Origin: Octopus sinensis
Taxonomy: Eukaryota
DNA length: 64,000 bases
Direction of reading: 5' to 3'
Assembly: GCF_006345805.1 (NCBI RefSeq)
Contig: NC_043003.1
Coordinates: 15,500,001-15,564,000, forward strand
Program-made: the position numbers and the translations under genes
Shown here: positions 1-11,056 of the stretch, piece by piece
Numbering within the stretch: the first letter of the stretch is position 1
Layout of the letters: each line of letters begins with the position of its first letter
The notes under the pieces: model-generated
Told to the model about the DNA's origin: nothing
Database searches by the model: none
The model's input: the letters and a program-made list of their open reading frames with translations, nothing else

Positions 1-559
1 TAAAAAAGGGCGCATTTATTTATTTACGAGCAAAACGCCCGCCCCCCCGTCCAATGGACGGTGCTGAGTTGTCAAACATTTAAACCAAATTTTCTCAAAA
101 AACAACCGTCCCATAGGCCTCCCCTTTGAGAAACACTGATTTAATCTAAATTTGAGACACCAGCAAAAGAAGATATAAAAATAGTTTTTCCTTCCTTCAT
201 GCCAAGTCTGAAGAAAATATCTCTTTTGCATCTTATTTTTTGGTCTCTTAAATATACTGCATTTTGTGGCATTATTTCAAGCCAGCCGGCTTTTTTTGCG
301 CAAACTGCACGTGCGTTTTTCTCGCGTAGGCATAGTATCGATCCAAACATCTGATGTACTTGCGCGTACAAATGCACGTTCCCACGGCTTTATCGATCGC
401 ATTCTCACCTGGAATCGATGTTTGTAATTTTTTCGAGACTTATACACGCCCTGATACCGTCGGTATCTACATATCAAATTTGAGCGCAATCGGATGGAGG
501 ATGCCTGAAATCCTAGAAGACACACACTCAGACAGACAGAACGGATTTTATATAATAGA
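1..559 (-). mobile_element. Helitron-like non-autonomous element, 5' portion (runs off the window start)
   Basis: The minus strand begins A|TCTATTATATAAAATCCG followed by a (TCTG)n tract. This is the typical TC start plus subterminal GTCT microsatellite of non-autonomous Helitrons. The 3' end is outside the window. Confidence 0.55.
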
Positions 560-1025
560 TTATTTCATGTAAGGGTATATCTAATAAATCAATTTGAAAC
601 CATCCATTTCCAATCTAAAGCTATGTTCATAGATAGTGAAGTCTGAACTGAAAACAAGCTGAAGCATTAATGTGGTCACTCCGGCTGCAAGAAATAGAAG
701 GTAAATTTAACCCTACTATCTTACAAGAAGCGCGCATTATCTAATACACCTCTACAGTATATGCACTATGTATAAATAATAAACTAGATGGACACAGCTG
801 GAACGTCTTTAATAATGGACGTATTCGAACAGTGATGACTTAGAACAAAACAACAAAATTAAACAACAATATATTTAATTTTAAAATAATTTGTTTTATC
901 ATTTTATATTACTATAAATTAATTTCATACATAAAAGTAATCGAGGTTAAATTTCAACGTATTTATTCTCTTGTTCTATTATTTTCTAATAAATTTTCCC
1001 CTCTCCAGAGAAACTAAAGTTAAAT

Positions 1026-1225
1026 TACTCTTTACTTGTTTCAGTCATTTGACTGCGGCCATGCTGGAGCACCGCCTTTAGTCGAGCAAATCGACCCCGA
1101 GACTTATTTTTTGTAAGCCCAGTACTTATTATATCGGTCTCTTTTGCCGAACCGCTAAGTGACAGGGACGTAAACACACACCAGCATCGGTTGTCAAGCA
1201 ATGCTAGGGGACAAACACAGATAGA

Positions 1226-1291
<66 letters not shown>

Positions 1292-1455
1292 CGACAGGCT
1301 TCTTTCAGTTTCCGTCTACCGAATCCACTCACAAGGCATTGGTCGGCCCGGGGCTATAGCAGAAGACACTTGCCCAAGATGCCACGCAGTGGGATTGAAC
1401 CCAGAACCATGTGGTTGGTTAGCAAGCTACTTACCACACAGCCACTCCTGCGCCT
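1026..1455 (-). mobile_element. tRNA-derived SINE, family A (CORE-like body, internal TA/TG microsatellite), full length
   Basis: Minus strand: AGGCGCAGGAGTGGCTGTGTGG (A box), GGTTCAATCCC (B box), TCTTGGGCAAGTGTCTT CORE-like motif, internal (TA)n(TG)n, tail CCAGCATGGCCGCAGTCAAATGACTGAAACAAGTAAAGAG. Many further copies in the window. Confidence 0.9.
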
Positions 1456-1619
1456 ATTGATAATATATTTCATTTAGAAATAATTGAGTCTCTTTGAAAC
1501 AAACGTCAGTCGATGATTAACTGGTGATTAGTTAAAAAAATTAGTTCCGTTGTATTTCTATGTTTTCTACGAATATGTACCTGGTATTTCACCCATAACG
1601 ATCCACCACAAGGTTTAGT

Positions 1620-2245
1620 TTTTGTGGTAATGAGGTCGTTTGCGTTCCTCCGCCACCCCGAGAACTATGCCAACAGAGGGCAAGTTTCCTGTAGGGCGTC
1701 CCATGTTGGATAGATCAAAGAACTGAGATCAGACTCCCCTAAGATAAAAATAGGTTTGCGTAGGGCGAACACAACTAACTAGAAGAAAAGTAGGGTAGCA
1801 GAACCTGAGGGAGGAAGGCCTTCCCTCTGCGAAACATGGCATAGTGCCGCAAAATCCGAAAAGAAAAAGGAAATCAGGGGCCTAATTGAAGAAAAGGAGA
1901 AAAGACAGCCCAGAGTTGAAAGCAGTGGAGAGAGGGTATCGTTGGTCAATGCTCCATAACGGACGTTGGGTTTAAGAAAGTAAATAAACAAATACGTTAA
2001 CAAGTAAATAAGTAAGGAAGTGAACAAATAAGTAAACAGGTAATTAAGTAAGTAAACAAGTAAGTAAAAAATAAGTAAACGTGTAAATAAACATGTAGTA
2101 AACAGACAAGTAAACAGGTAAGTAAACAAATAAATAAAAAGTAAGTAAACCAGTAAACAAATAAGTAAACGTGTAAGTAAACAGGTAGTAGACGAGTAAG
2201 TACGTAAGTAAACAAGTAATTCAGTAAGTGAACAGGTAAATAAAG
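1620..2245 (+). mobile_element. Internally deleted RTE-clade LINE derivative with degenerate (AAGT)n tail
   Basis: RTE-type 5'UTR motifs (CCTGTAGGGCGTCCCATG...GGTTTGCGTAGGGCGAACAC) are joined to the last codons of an RTE ORF (ETWHSAAKSEKK, then frameshifted TAQS*KQWREGIVGQCS). An AAGT-derived array follows at about 1980-2245. Confidence 0.55.
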
Positions 2246-2648
2246 AGGCGCATGAGTGGGTGTGTGGTAAGTAGCTTGCTTACCAACCACACGGTTCCGG
2301 CTTCAGTCCCACTTCGTGGCACCTTGGGCAAGTGTCTTCTACTATAGCCTCGAGCCGACCAGAGCCTTGTGAGTGGATTTGGTAGACGGAAACTGAAAGA
2401 AGCCCGTCGTATATATGTATATGTATATATATGTGTGTTTTTGTGTCTGTGTTTGTCCCCTCAATATCGCTGGACAACCGATGCTTGTGTGTTTACGTCC
2501 TCGTAACTTAGCGGTTCGGCAAAAGTGAACGATAGAATAAGTACTAGGCTTACAAATAATAAGTCCTGGGGTCGATTTTCTCGATTAAAGGCGGTGCTCC
2601 AGCAAGGTCGCAGTCAAATGACTGAAACAACTAAAAGAGTAAAAGAGT
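2246..2648 (+). mobile_element. SINE family A, full length, inserted in the AAGT array
   Basis: Head, B box, CORE-like motif and (AAAAGAGT) tail as in 1026-1455; AAGT-like sequence resumes after it. Confidence 0.9.
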
Positions 2649-2749
2649 AAGTAAAAATGTAAGAAAATAAGTAAGGAAACAAGAAAGCAAGCAATTAAGT
2701 AACGATGGTGTTAATTTAAGTGCAAGTAACAAGAACTGGATCAAATACA

Positions 2750-2866
2750 TCGTGGAGCTTTATGCGTTTTCGCTCAATAAACACACACAACGCCCGGTCT
2801 GGGAATCGAAACCGCGATCTTCCGACCGCGAGTCAGCTGCCCTAACCACTGGGCCATTGCGCCTCC
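2750..2866 (-). mobile_element. SINE family C (tRNA-like head only, 3' truncated)
   Basis: Minus strand GGAGGCGCAATGGCCCAGTGGTTAGGGCAGC...GGTTTCGATTCCCAGACCGGGCG matches the heads at 4635 and 41145. Confidence 0.85.
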
Positions 2867-2889
2867 ACATACACACACACACAGATATA

Positions 2890-3100
2890 TAAGGGGAATT
2901 TACAAAAAACAACAACAAAAGACGAAGACAGGTGGTGTAGCCAGCAAAGAGGTGTATTAGTTTAGCTCTCGGTAAGTGAAAAAAGTCTTTAACATTTCGA
3001 GCCTACGCTCTTCCGCAGAAAAGATCACAGAAAGAAACAGGGAGAGAAAATAAAGCGAGAGAAAATATAGAATGTGTAGTGACTCGCGATCTTTCATGGC
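2890..3100 (-). mobile_element. Penelope-like terminal repeat fragment (family P5) with variant HHR-like motif
   Basis: Minus strand CTTTTCTGCGGAAGAGCGTAGGCTCGAAATGTTAAAG. Homologous segments at about 9700, 36400, 39100, 45210 and 61355, most ending in (TA)n. Confidence 0.6.
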
Positions 3101-3135
3101 GAATCCATGCATACATACATATATACATACACATG

Positions 3136-3176
<41 letters not shown>

Positions 3177-3349
3177 TATATATATATGTTATACATATTC
3201 ACGTGTACACACCTTCATACTCACACATACATGCATACAAACACACATTTATACACCTACGCACATATCGATTGAAGAATTTCATTATTCCAAACAGCAA
3301 TGAACTCATATGAGGATATGAAAAATATCGTGATAAATAAAAAAAGAAA

Positions 3350-4330
3350 GATTAATGTAAAAATTTTAGACGTGTTTTCAGAACATCTCTAAAAGAAAAG
3401 GAAAAATATTTGTATACATGCTCACTACGTTTCTTTCAGAAACATTGTGCTGAAAACATATCTGTGTTCTGTGTTTATCTTTTTAATCAAGATTTTTCTT
3501 TCACGTTTATCTATGAGTTTCTTGCAGTTTGTTTGGAAGACAACTGTTCCTGAATCCATTATTAACGTTTCTAGATCTTCCCTTTCTCATCATATACATG
3601 GAGTGATGTTGCTTCTTTACCGTTGACAAATTCTATATGAAACTGTATACATGCAGCCGACATTTAAATCATTCACCATCTGCTAAATATATAATTTCTT
3701 TGTGATTCGTGTATATTTGTTCTTTAGGTTTATATATTTGGCAAAGCGCTACTTCTTTCCTATATTTTAATGAGGAATACTTTGTAGCATAGATATGTTG
3801 TGAACCCATGTCTCTTATCTGGTCTTGTTTTTTTTACTACATAATGTTGTGCGTTGTAGTAGCTCCATATAAGTGCAAGGCGAGTCGGCTGGAGAATATT
3901 GCAACAGTACAACCGTAGAAGTCACGAAGTAGACAAATCCTTCGTTTCCAATCGAATTTATAAAACAAATTGGTTACTAGCAGCTTATTCATATGCTTTC
4001 GTCTTTGGAATTTGTTATTGGTAAATCAGTTTTTAAATTTTGTAGTATGTTATTTCTGCTAGATAATGGTTTCGTGTTATGTATTTTATGCTACCTTTTA
4101 CAAGGCTTTTGAAAACGCGTTAGACTGTTCTGTAGTTAATATTCATTTGTTTTATATAATACATTTAATGCGTGGTTTGTGTATTTTTAATAAGTGTACT
4201 GTCTGATCTATTTGTTTCGTTGAATTTCCTACCGTATTGTTCTATTATTTTGTAAGAATATACTCGTTGATTAAAAATTCAATATCCTGAACAGTACAAA
4301 GAGAGCCCCCAGTAATACAATGACTATTTC
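3350..4330 (-). pseudogene. Heavily decayed piggyBac-like transposase remnant
   Basis: Minus-strand frames give, in the expected order and with stops/frameshifts: YSYKIIEQYGRK, VFKSLVKGS..IT, QIPK, TTTHN, QHIYATK, SRW*MI, then a possible C-terminal Cys/His remnant. These resemble piggyBac motifs (N.EIY.GK, GS.RNIT.DN, STMH, YN.TK, RWPM). Alignment by eye only. Confidence 0.4.
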
Positions 4331-4634
4331 CTGACTAAATGTTCAAAGAGAAAATAATAGATACATTACGTTTGTTTACATCAAACACACAAATTAATGC
4401 TTGTACTTAAACGGAAGCAGAAAATGTCAATATAAATAAATCGTAACAGTGGTAAAAATCCTTACTTAGAAGAGCAAATGGATTCTCCATCACAAACAAT
4501 AGACAACATTATTGGTGTTATGACTTGTCTTTTACTCATACATATCTTTATCAGCACACATTTTTTTCTCTTTAGAATTATAGAATATATATTCAACACT
4601 AATTCATATAAAGTCTCATATATATGTATATAGT

Positions 4635-4930
4635 GGAGGCGCAATGACCCAGTGGTTAGGGCAGCGGACTTGCGGTCGGAGGATCGCGGTTTCGATTCCC
4701 AGACCGGGCGTTGTGCGTGTGTATTGAGTGAAAACACCCAAAAGCTCCACTAGGCTCCGGCAGGGGATGGTGGCGACCCCTGTTGTACTCTTTCGCCACA
4801 ATTTTCTCTCATTCTTCCTGTTTCTTGAGTAACGCTGTGATGGACTGGCGTCCGTCCAGCTGGGGAAAACACATACGCCACAGAAACCGGGAAACCGGGC
4901 CCATGAGCCTGGCTAGGCTTGAAAAGGGCG
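4635..4930 (+). mobile_element. SINE family C, full length
   Basis: tRNA-like head with A/B boxes, body GATGGACTGGCGTCCGTCCAG, tail GAAACCGGGCCCATGAGCCTGGCTAGGCTTGAAAAGGGCG. Confidence 0.9.
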
Positions 4931-4960
4931 ACGCTTTTTTTAAATATATGTATATATATA

Positions 4961-5049
<89 letters not shown>

Positions 5050-5082
5050 TAATCAAAATAAAAACATGATGCCAAGGATTCA

Positions 5083-5160
5083 GCGGTACATATGTTTCGG
5101 GCCTTTATTAGACGGATTTATAACAATGCATAATGTGTGTCTATGGCCTTCTTCAGCCGC
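5083..5160 (-). ncRNA. Type I hammerhead ribozyme (left arm of palindrome)
   Basis: Reverse-complement copy of 5418-5493 with 2 extra nt in loop II. Confidence 0.75.
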
Positions 5161-5417
5161 GCACAATTACTACTTCAACGACACGTATTACATCATAAAT
5201 TCTACGTTGGGGATGCAAATCCTCACAGTCGCGTACGACAGAGTGGGACACCAGCACAAAAACGAAGCGTCCATCCCGCCTTTCACTCAATGTAGAATGA
5301 GTGAAAGACGCTTCGTTTTTGTGCTGGTGCCCCACTCTGTCGTACGCGACTGTGAGGATTTGCATCCTCAACGTAGAATTTATGATGTAATACATGTCCT
5401 TGAAGTAGTAATTGTGC

Positions 5418-5493
5418 GCGGCTGAAGAAGGCCATAGACACACATTATGCATTGTTAAATCCGTCTAATAAAGGCCCGAAACATATGTACCGC
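5418..5493 (+). ncRNA. Type I hammerhead ribozyme (right arm of palindrome)
   Basis: GCGG-CTGAAGA-A-GGCC...GGCC-C-GAA-AC-ATAT-GT-A-CCGC. Stem I GCGG/CCGC, intact core, stem II GGCC/GGCC plus TAGAC/GTCTA, palindromic stem III ACATATGT, GUA cleavage after 5489. Confidence 0.75.
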
Positions 5494-5598
5494 TGAATTC
5501 TTGGCATCATGTTTTTATTTTGATTAATATACTCTACCACCTACACCACCAAATGGTATATACAGGTGCTTACAATTATCAAGTATCCACCCTGAATT

Positions 5599-5660
<62 letters not shown>

Positions 5661-5714
5661 AATGTGCATATGTATGCATGTGAGTATGTGTTTGTAGTGA
5701 CGCACACAACATCG

Positions 5715-5911
5715 TAAGATTGAAGTTTCGACATCTGGTCCGGCCGATGCATTCTGCTTTCGAGGAAAGCGCTTCGTTTAACATTACTTCAGTCCACTCA
5801 GCTGGCAAAATAAGTAAATCTGTGTCGGACGGTTGTCCCTTCCAGCCGAATAATATGTACGCCACAGAATCCGGAAAATCGGCCTTATGAGATTACACCA
5901 CGGGAAGGGCA
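5715..5911 (+). mobile_element. Degenerate CORE-type SINE with RTE-like tail
   Basis: CAGTCCACTCAGCTGGCAAAA CORE-like motif; tail GTACGCCACAGAATCCGGAAAATCGGCCTTATGAG similar to the family C tail. Confidence 0.5.
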
Positions 5912-6024
5912 TATGTATGTATGTATGTATGTATGTGTGAATGCGTGTGTGTATGTGTATGTGTGTATGCATGTGTGTGTGTTTGTGTGTGTGTATGTAT
6001 GTATGTATGTATGTATGTATGTAT

Positions 6025-6089
<65 letters not shown>
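5912..6089. repeat. Compound microsatellite (TATG/TG)n then (TTA)n
   Basis: Directly visible; the (TTA)n tract at 6027-6089 abuts the 3' end of the Dong/R4 element. Confidence 0.95.
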
Positions 6090-7662
6090 TCTTAATCACA
6101 GATTTCGTTGGAGCTCCTGGAGTCTTACATGCATAGCGGGCTTGCTACCTGCAGCCTACGGTACCATGCTACCCTTTCTTTTCTGCTATCTAATACTTTC
6201 CTGATTATTCAGGCCATGCCAAGGAGGCAAACCTTTTGTAACAGTTCTTCTGGGCACTCTATTCCAATTTCCTTTATATTCCTCTTGATGCCTACTGATA
6301 CTGTTCCCCAGGACCCAACAATAATTGGCACCATCTTCACCTTCTTCATTTTCCATAGCCGAGCTATTTTGTACTTAAGAGGGTTGTATTTATCTATCTT
6401 TTCGTCTTCCTTCTTGACTATTTGTGGGTCAAAGAGGCATGCAACATCAACTATATAGCATATGTGGTGCACCTTGCCCACCACCACTAGGTCCGGTCTG
6501 TTATGCTCTAGCACCTGATCTGTTTGAATTGGGAAATCCCAGAGGATTTTGCTAGTCGCCGATTCCGCCACTCTCTGTGGTTTGTGCTCATACCACGTCT
6601 TGCCTCTCTCTAGCCCCACTTTTCGCACAGTTTCCAATGTAGCATTTTCCTCTCTGGTCGTGTCACCACAACCTGTAGTGGTTTTGGGCAAGTCTAGAGC
6701 ATTCGTTCGTGATATTGGCAATGGTTTCATCCACTCTATTGCCGATACGACACTTTCTCATTCCTAAGGTTAACCCTCCAGTTCGTGGCCAAAACTTGGT
6801 CCTGCGCTGCCAATATAGTGCTCTCTGTCTCTTTTTTTAGGTTTCCTCTCAGCAGCCAATCGCACCTATTTTTTCCAGCAATTTCTGTTGTGACTACATG
6901 GAATTGATTATGTAGTCCTATCTTGCGTAATTCTTCTTCATGTCCTTTTAGTACTTCCTTTGTTTTCCCCTATTTTACTACTCTCAGCAGTCCCTCGTTC
7001 CTAACTTTCACTAGCAAGTTTCCTTACTTTGGGCTAGGTATGTCATTAAGCTCTCGAGTTCGATGCGCACAGTCTTCCACACTTATTAGCCCGTTTCTCC
7101 ATTTGCTGCATTCCTGTGTAAGCGATCAATGTCTGCACGTGGATGATGGGCTCCATGCATCGTTAAGAGCTTTCTTGGTTTCCTGCCCACCTCTTTTAGC
7201 TCTTCCTCTGTCCACTTCAGGATTCCAGCGCCATACTAAACTGCTGCGACAGAGCGCGAGTTCATTGGCGAAATTATGTTTCTGGCATTTAGCTTTGAAG
7301 CCAATATTTTTCTCACTCGCCGCAGGTACTCTCCTTTTGTCTTTTCTTTCATGTCGTGGTGTTTGATTCCATCTGCCTTAAGTAAAGTATTCCCAGGTAT
7401 TTATAGTTGAATTGCCTTCGTCATTCCACCACTTGGTAGCTATATGCCTTCTGTCCTGGAAACTTACCATGTCACATTGCCATCGTAGCACATTTTGAGG
7501 GTCCAAACTCAAGCTTAATATCATTGGTGAAAATTTGCACATTCTCGACTAGGCTATCCAATTCTGCTTCAATTTTTGTGAATAGCTTTACGTTGTCCAT
7601 GAATAGCAAGTGGCTTAATTTTCCCTTAATCTTCCCAGGTCATACCCTAACTTTGTTTTCTG
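6090..7662 (-). mobile_element. 5'-truncated Dong/R4-clade non-LTR retrotransposon (RT C-terminal part plus restriction-like endonuclease), degenerate
   Basis: Minus strand: KLSHLLFMDNVKLF (YADD-like) and EFGPSKCA near 7490-7620. The RLE domain is in ORF 6209-6730: WYEHKP...KILWDFPIQTDQVLEHNRPDLVVV...IVDVAC...EKIDKY...VPIIVG, ending IIRKVLD. Flanked by (TAA)n on both sides, as expected for Dong-type targeting. Confidence 0.88.
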
Positions 7663-7778
7663 TATTATTATTATTTCTTCTTCTTCTTCTTCTTCTTCTT
7701 CTTCTTCTTCTTCTTCTTCTTCTTCTTCTTCTTCTTCTTCTTCTTCTTCTTCTTCTTCTTCTTCTTCTTCTTCTTCTT

Positions 7779-7809
<31 letters not shown>

Positions 7810-7824
7810 TTATTATTATTATTA
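7663..7824. repeat. Compound microsatellite (TTA)n-(TTC)44-(TTA)n
   Basis: Directly visible; (TTC)n spans 7675-7806. Confidence 0.95.
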
Positions 7825-8163
7825 TACGTACCTTGTGTTTCAACAATTACATTAAGAAAGAGTCCTTAAGTATATCCCTGTCTTCCTCTTTCACTCATCC
7901 ATCACTTTCAAAAGCTCCAATTTTATCGATCAGTAAAAATCACAAATGAACTACATACTCTATCTTAATTATATTTATGAGAAGCAAAGAAAAAACAAAT
8001 AAAAAACAGAAACACTAAATGATAAATTTATTACAAGGTATTTGACCTGAATACCTTATTCGTCCATCACTTTCTTTCGTTGCTGTCTCTCCTCCACACA
8101 ACATTCAAGCTGTGTAGATTAATTACTTCGCTTCTCATTCACCCCCCTCTCTCTCTCTCTCTC

Positions 8164-8211
<48 letters not shown>

Positions 8212-8456
8212 GTTTGATTCGGTTCCGTGATACTTCAAGTATCGCAGGCCCCTAACGAGAGAACGATTCCTTCAGGCTTGGAATGCACTTTTCTTTCGTT
8301 CGTGTGGTAGATAGATAGGTAGATATGCAGATAGTTAGATGGATAGGTAAGTAGATAGAAAGGTAGGTATATAGATAAGTAAGTAGAAAGGTTGATAGGT
8401 AGATAGGTGGACAGGTAGATAGGTTGACAGGTAGATAGGTAGATAGATAGATAGAA

Positions 8457-8688
8457 GGCGGCGAGCTGGCAGAATCGTTAGCACGCCGGGCGAAATGCTT
8501 AGCGGTATTTCGTCTGCCGCTACGTTCTGAGTTCAAATTCCGCCGAGGTCGACTTTGCCTTTCATCCTTTCGGGGTCGATAAATTAAGTACCAGTTTCGC
8601 ACTGGGGTCGATATAATCGACATAATCCGTTTGTCTGTCCTTGTTTGTCCTCTCTGTGTTTAGCCCCTTGTGGGTAGTAAAGAAATAG
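8457..8688 (+). mobile_element. tRNA-derived SINE family B monomer inside a (TAGA)-type array
   Basis: Head GGCGGCGAGCTGGCAGAATCGTTAGC, B box GAGTTCAAATTCC, central GACTTTGCCTTTCATCCTTTCGGGGTCGATAAATTAAGTACCAG (Meta-domain-like from memory, unverified). Confidence 0.88.
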
Positions 8689-9131
8689 GTAGATAGATAG
8701 GTAGATAGATAGGTAGGTAGGTAGGTAAATGGAGAGGTAGGTTGATAGATAGGTTTGTAGATAGATAAATAGACAGGTAGTTCAATACACAGATAGAGAA
8801 TGTTTATAAATGGAGAGATACATACATGCATACATACATGTATAGATACTTCGTACATACACATACATATGCATAGACACATAGACACATAATTACATAC
8901 ATGCACACATACAGCTTGTTATTAGTGATGAATTTCGTAATGTTTCATCCTTTTACAGATTTCATCAATAATTCACAACAGAATGACAAAAGTGCTTAGG
9001 GATCAACACGAATGAAGAACGATCTGTGACCTAAGTAATATACTCCGCATTTCCCTAAAAACTAGCTAAATAAGATAATACATATTCGTATATTAAAAGC
9101 GGCATTTCATTGGAAAACTTGAATAAATACA

Positions 9132-9181
<50 letters not shown>

Positions 9182-9835
9182 TATATATTTATTATGTGTG
9201 TGTGTGTGTGTATTTTCTGATTTAATCAAGATTGCAGTTTGCTCTTGCGAAATATATTGATCTCTGACCGTTATCGGAACTGTGATACATTTAAGAATTA
9301 TGACATTGAGAACTCGTGAAATAAATTTGAATAAACACTTCGTTCAAGCGTGTTAAATTCACATGTATAGTAACATAATTTATTATGATTTATAGTATTA
9401 CAAATAGAATGAACATGATATAAAAAAAATTGATTGCATATACGTATACTAGGCTGTGTTCACCTCTGTGTTTGTGTATGTGTGTGTGTGTAAAAAGAGT
9501 GAGTTCAACAAAAGTGCCCTCTATTGGTTTTACGGTTTTACTGCTTTAATAAAATATCTTCACTCCCCGACCGAATATTTTGTATATTCTAAGTAACCTG
9601 AGCGGTTTATCTGTGAACAGGCAATCCCAGTATATATAGGCATCATGTTGGACCGCTGAAATCTACAAGTTATTTTTTCCTTTCCCTCTCTATTTATTTC
9701 CTTTTATTCCTTTACGTAGGCTCGAAACGCAAAAGACTTTTTCGTTTATCCCGAGCGTCAAACGGATACACTTGCTTGTTGTTCATACACATGTCTTCGT
9801 CTCTTGTTTTTCTTTAAATTTCAACTATATATATA

Positions 9836-9956
9836 ATTTATTTTATAGAAGGAGCTTCTACAGGACTAGAACTGTTTCATTCAAATGAAATCATCAGGAA
9901 GCCTCATTTGAATGAAACAGTTCTAGTCCTGTAGAAGCTCCTTCTATAAAATAAAT
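9836..9956. repeat. Perfect 53-bp-arm inverted repeat with 15-bp spacer (duplicated at 10777-10897)
   Basis: 9836-9888 is the exact reverse complement of 9904-9956. Confidence 0.95.
9854..9902 (-). ncRNA. Type I hammerhead ribozyme
   Basis: Minus strand GCTTC-CTGATGA-TTTCATTTGAAT-GAA-ACAG-TTCTAGTC-CTGT-A-GAAGC. 5-bp stem I, canonical core, 3-bp stem II closed by a U-U mismatch, 4-bp stem III, GUA site. Confidence 0.75.
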
Positions 9957-10034
9957 GAATTTACTCTGCTATGTATTGAGTACCTTATTTACTGTGGTTA
10001 ACCCCGACTCAACCCGGAACCTACATATATATAT

Positions 10035-10103
<69 letters not shown>

Positions 10104-10794
10104 ATATATATAATATTTATTATATATTTATTATGTGTGTGTGTGTGTGTATTTTCTGATTTAATCAAGATTGCAGTTTGCTCTTGCGAAATATATTGAT
10201 CTCTGACCGTTATCGGAACTGTGATACATTTAAAGAATTATGACATTGAGAACTCGTGAAATAAATTTGAATAAACACTTCGTTCAAGCGTGTTAAATTC
10301 ACATGTATAGTAACATAATTTATTATGATTTATAGTATTACAAATAGAATGAACATGATATAAAAAAAATTGATTGCATATACGTATACATAGGCTGTGT
10401 TCACCTCTGTGTTTGTGTATGTGTGTGTGTGTAAAAAGAGTGAGTTCAACAAAAGTGCCCTCTATTGGTTTTACGGTTTTACTGCTTTAATAAAATATCT
10501 TCACTCCCCGACCGAATATTTTGTATATTCTAAGTAACCTGAGCGGTTTATCTGTGAACAGGCAATCCCAGTATATATAGGCATCATGTTGGACCGCTGA
10601 AATCTACAAGTTATTTTTTCCTTTCCCTCTCTATTTATTTCCTTTTATTCCTTTACGTAGGCTCGAAACGCAAAAGACTTTTTCGTTTATCCCGAGCGTC
10701 AAACGGATACACTTGCTTGTTGTTCATACACATGTCTTCGTCTCTTGTTTTTCTTTAAATTTCAACTATATATATAATTTATTTTATAGAAGGA

Positions 10795-10843
10795 GCTTCT
10801 ACAGGACTAGAACTGTTTCATTCAAATGAAATCATCAGGAAGC
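10795..10843 (-). ncRNA. Type I hammerhead ribozyme (duplicate of 9854-9902)
   Basis: Identical sequence in the second unit of the tandem duplication. Confidence 0.72.
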
Positions 10844-10962
10844 CTCATTTGAATGAAACAGTTCTAGTCCTGTAGAAGCTCCTTCTATAAAATAAATGAA
10901 TTTACTCTGCTATGTATTGAGTACCTTATTTACTGTGGTTAACCCCGACTCAACCCGGAACC

Positions 10963-11056
<94 letters not shown>

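Larger units (their letters stand above)
5045..5531. repeat. Near-perfect palindrome (arms 5045-5271 and 5307-5531), PLE-like inverted pseudo-LTR
   Basis: The two arms are reverse complements with only a few differences. The 35-bp spacer contains a 9-bp hairpin (TTTCACTCA/TGAGTGAAA). A (TA)n tract lies immediately to the left. Confidence 0.95.
9174..10965 (+). repeat. Tandem direct duplication, period about 939 bp (9174-10024 and 10113-10965), separated and flanked by (TA)n
   Basis: The two units are nearly identical; the differences I could see are single-base indels. Confidence 0.95.

Noticed and set aside
1630-1775. HDV-like ribozyme at the RTE 5' end (GCG-TTCCTC-CGC resembling P3/L3; GGCGAAC resembling J4/2)
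   Set aside because: No convincing P1 5' strand or P1.1 GG, and P2 has two mismatches. A descriptor search on younger copies would be needed.
4635-4715. tRNA-like sequences at SINE heads (families A-D)
   Set aside because: They have A/B boxes but continue into SINE bodies, and I could not build complete cloverleafs; not called as tRNA genes.
5066-5452. Near-identical ORFs on both strands (119 aa plus, 99 aa minus)
   Set aside because: A trivial consequence of the DNA palindrome; no recognisable protein motif.
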